Source: Mobula hypostoma
Taxonomy: Eukaryota
Assembly (NCBI RefSeq): GCF_963921235.1
Contig: NC_086104.1
Location: 54,064,001-54,128,000 of the forward strand
Length of the DNA: 64,000 nucleotides
Reading direction: 5' to 3'
Each line of letters opens with the position of its first letter. Positions within the stretch are counted from its first letter, which is position 1. The notes beneath the pieces are model-generated. The model was given only the letters and a program-made list of their open reading frames with translations, did no database searches and was not told the origin of the DNA. Shown in pieces: positions 63,745 to 64,000 of the stretch. Made by a program: the position numbers and the translations under genes.

Positions 63745-64000
63745 ACTATATCATGTTTAAATTTAGAAAAAATCAGAAGTGACATTTTTGATCCTTCGGT
63801 TAAATTTGAAGAGACTTGGGAACCATTTATTCAATATTTTCATATGATGTAATTTGACCTTTCCGAATCCTTCTTATTAACTTAAAATATATGAATAGAG
63901 GAGCGGAGTTGACGACATTACTGAACATGTTCGATTTAAGATATTGGTCCAGCCTTGTTTTGTTCCGTTTACTTTTTTTTGGGTTTAGTATTTAGTTTTT
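63745..64000 (+). mobile_element. L1 LINE ORF2 C-terminus and 3' UTR (5'-truncated, runs off the window)
   Basis: 63745-63852 translates to TISCLNLEKIRSDIFDPSVKFEETWEPFIQYFHMM*, resembling the LKLEKI...KF...W.PF end of fish-type L1 ORF2. A T-rich UTR follows. Confidence 0.75.

Noticed and set aside
1-64000. CRISPR arrays, rRNA genes, operons or prokaryotic defence systems
   Set aside because: No repeat-spacer periodicity or rRNA similarity was seen; the content is eukaryotic repeat-rich DNA.

Overview
AT-rich, repeat-dense vertebrate DNA, most likely a cartilaginous fish such as a ray. This is inferred from the CR1, Rex1, Penelope and V-SINE/HE1-type repeats. I found no intact host protein-coding gene, and almost every ORF of 100 aa or more is a transposon fragment or the antisense frame of one. 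The main observation is a two-LTR Gypsy element on the minus strand (47378-52062). It keeps gag, the zinc knuckle, protease and the integrase tail, but its RT, RNase H and integrase core are replaced by about 0.8 kb of intronless RBM25 cDNA (RRM plus RE/RD region). This looks like an LTR retrotransposon that captured a splicing-factor mRNA, in the manner of retroviral gene transduction; the copy is now decayed. Other points: a candidate 18-nt regulated microexon (16257-16274, minus) with three upstream TGCATG motifs; Penelope-like elements with minimal hammerhead-ribozyme motifs, one forming an 80-bp hairpin; a micro-inversion in a young CR1; a HERO-clade fragment inside a Tc1 transposon; and several nested insertions. 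Family names come from remembered motifs, not database searches. Boundaries of old repeats are approximate.
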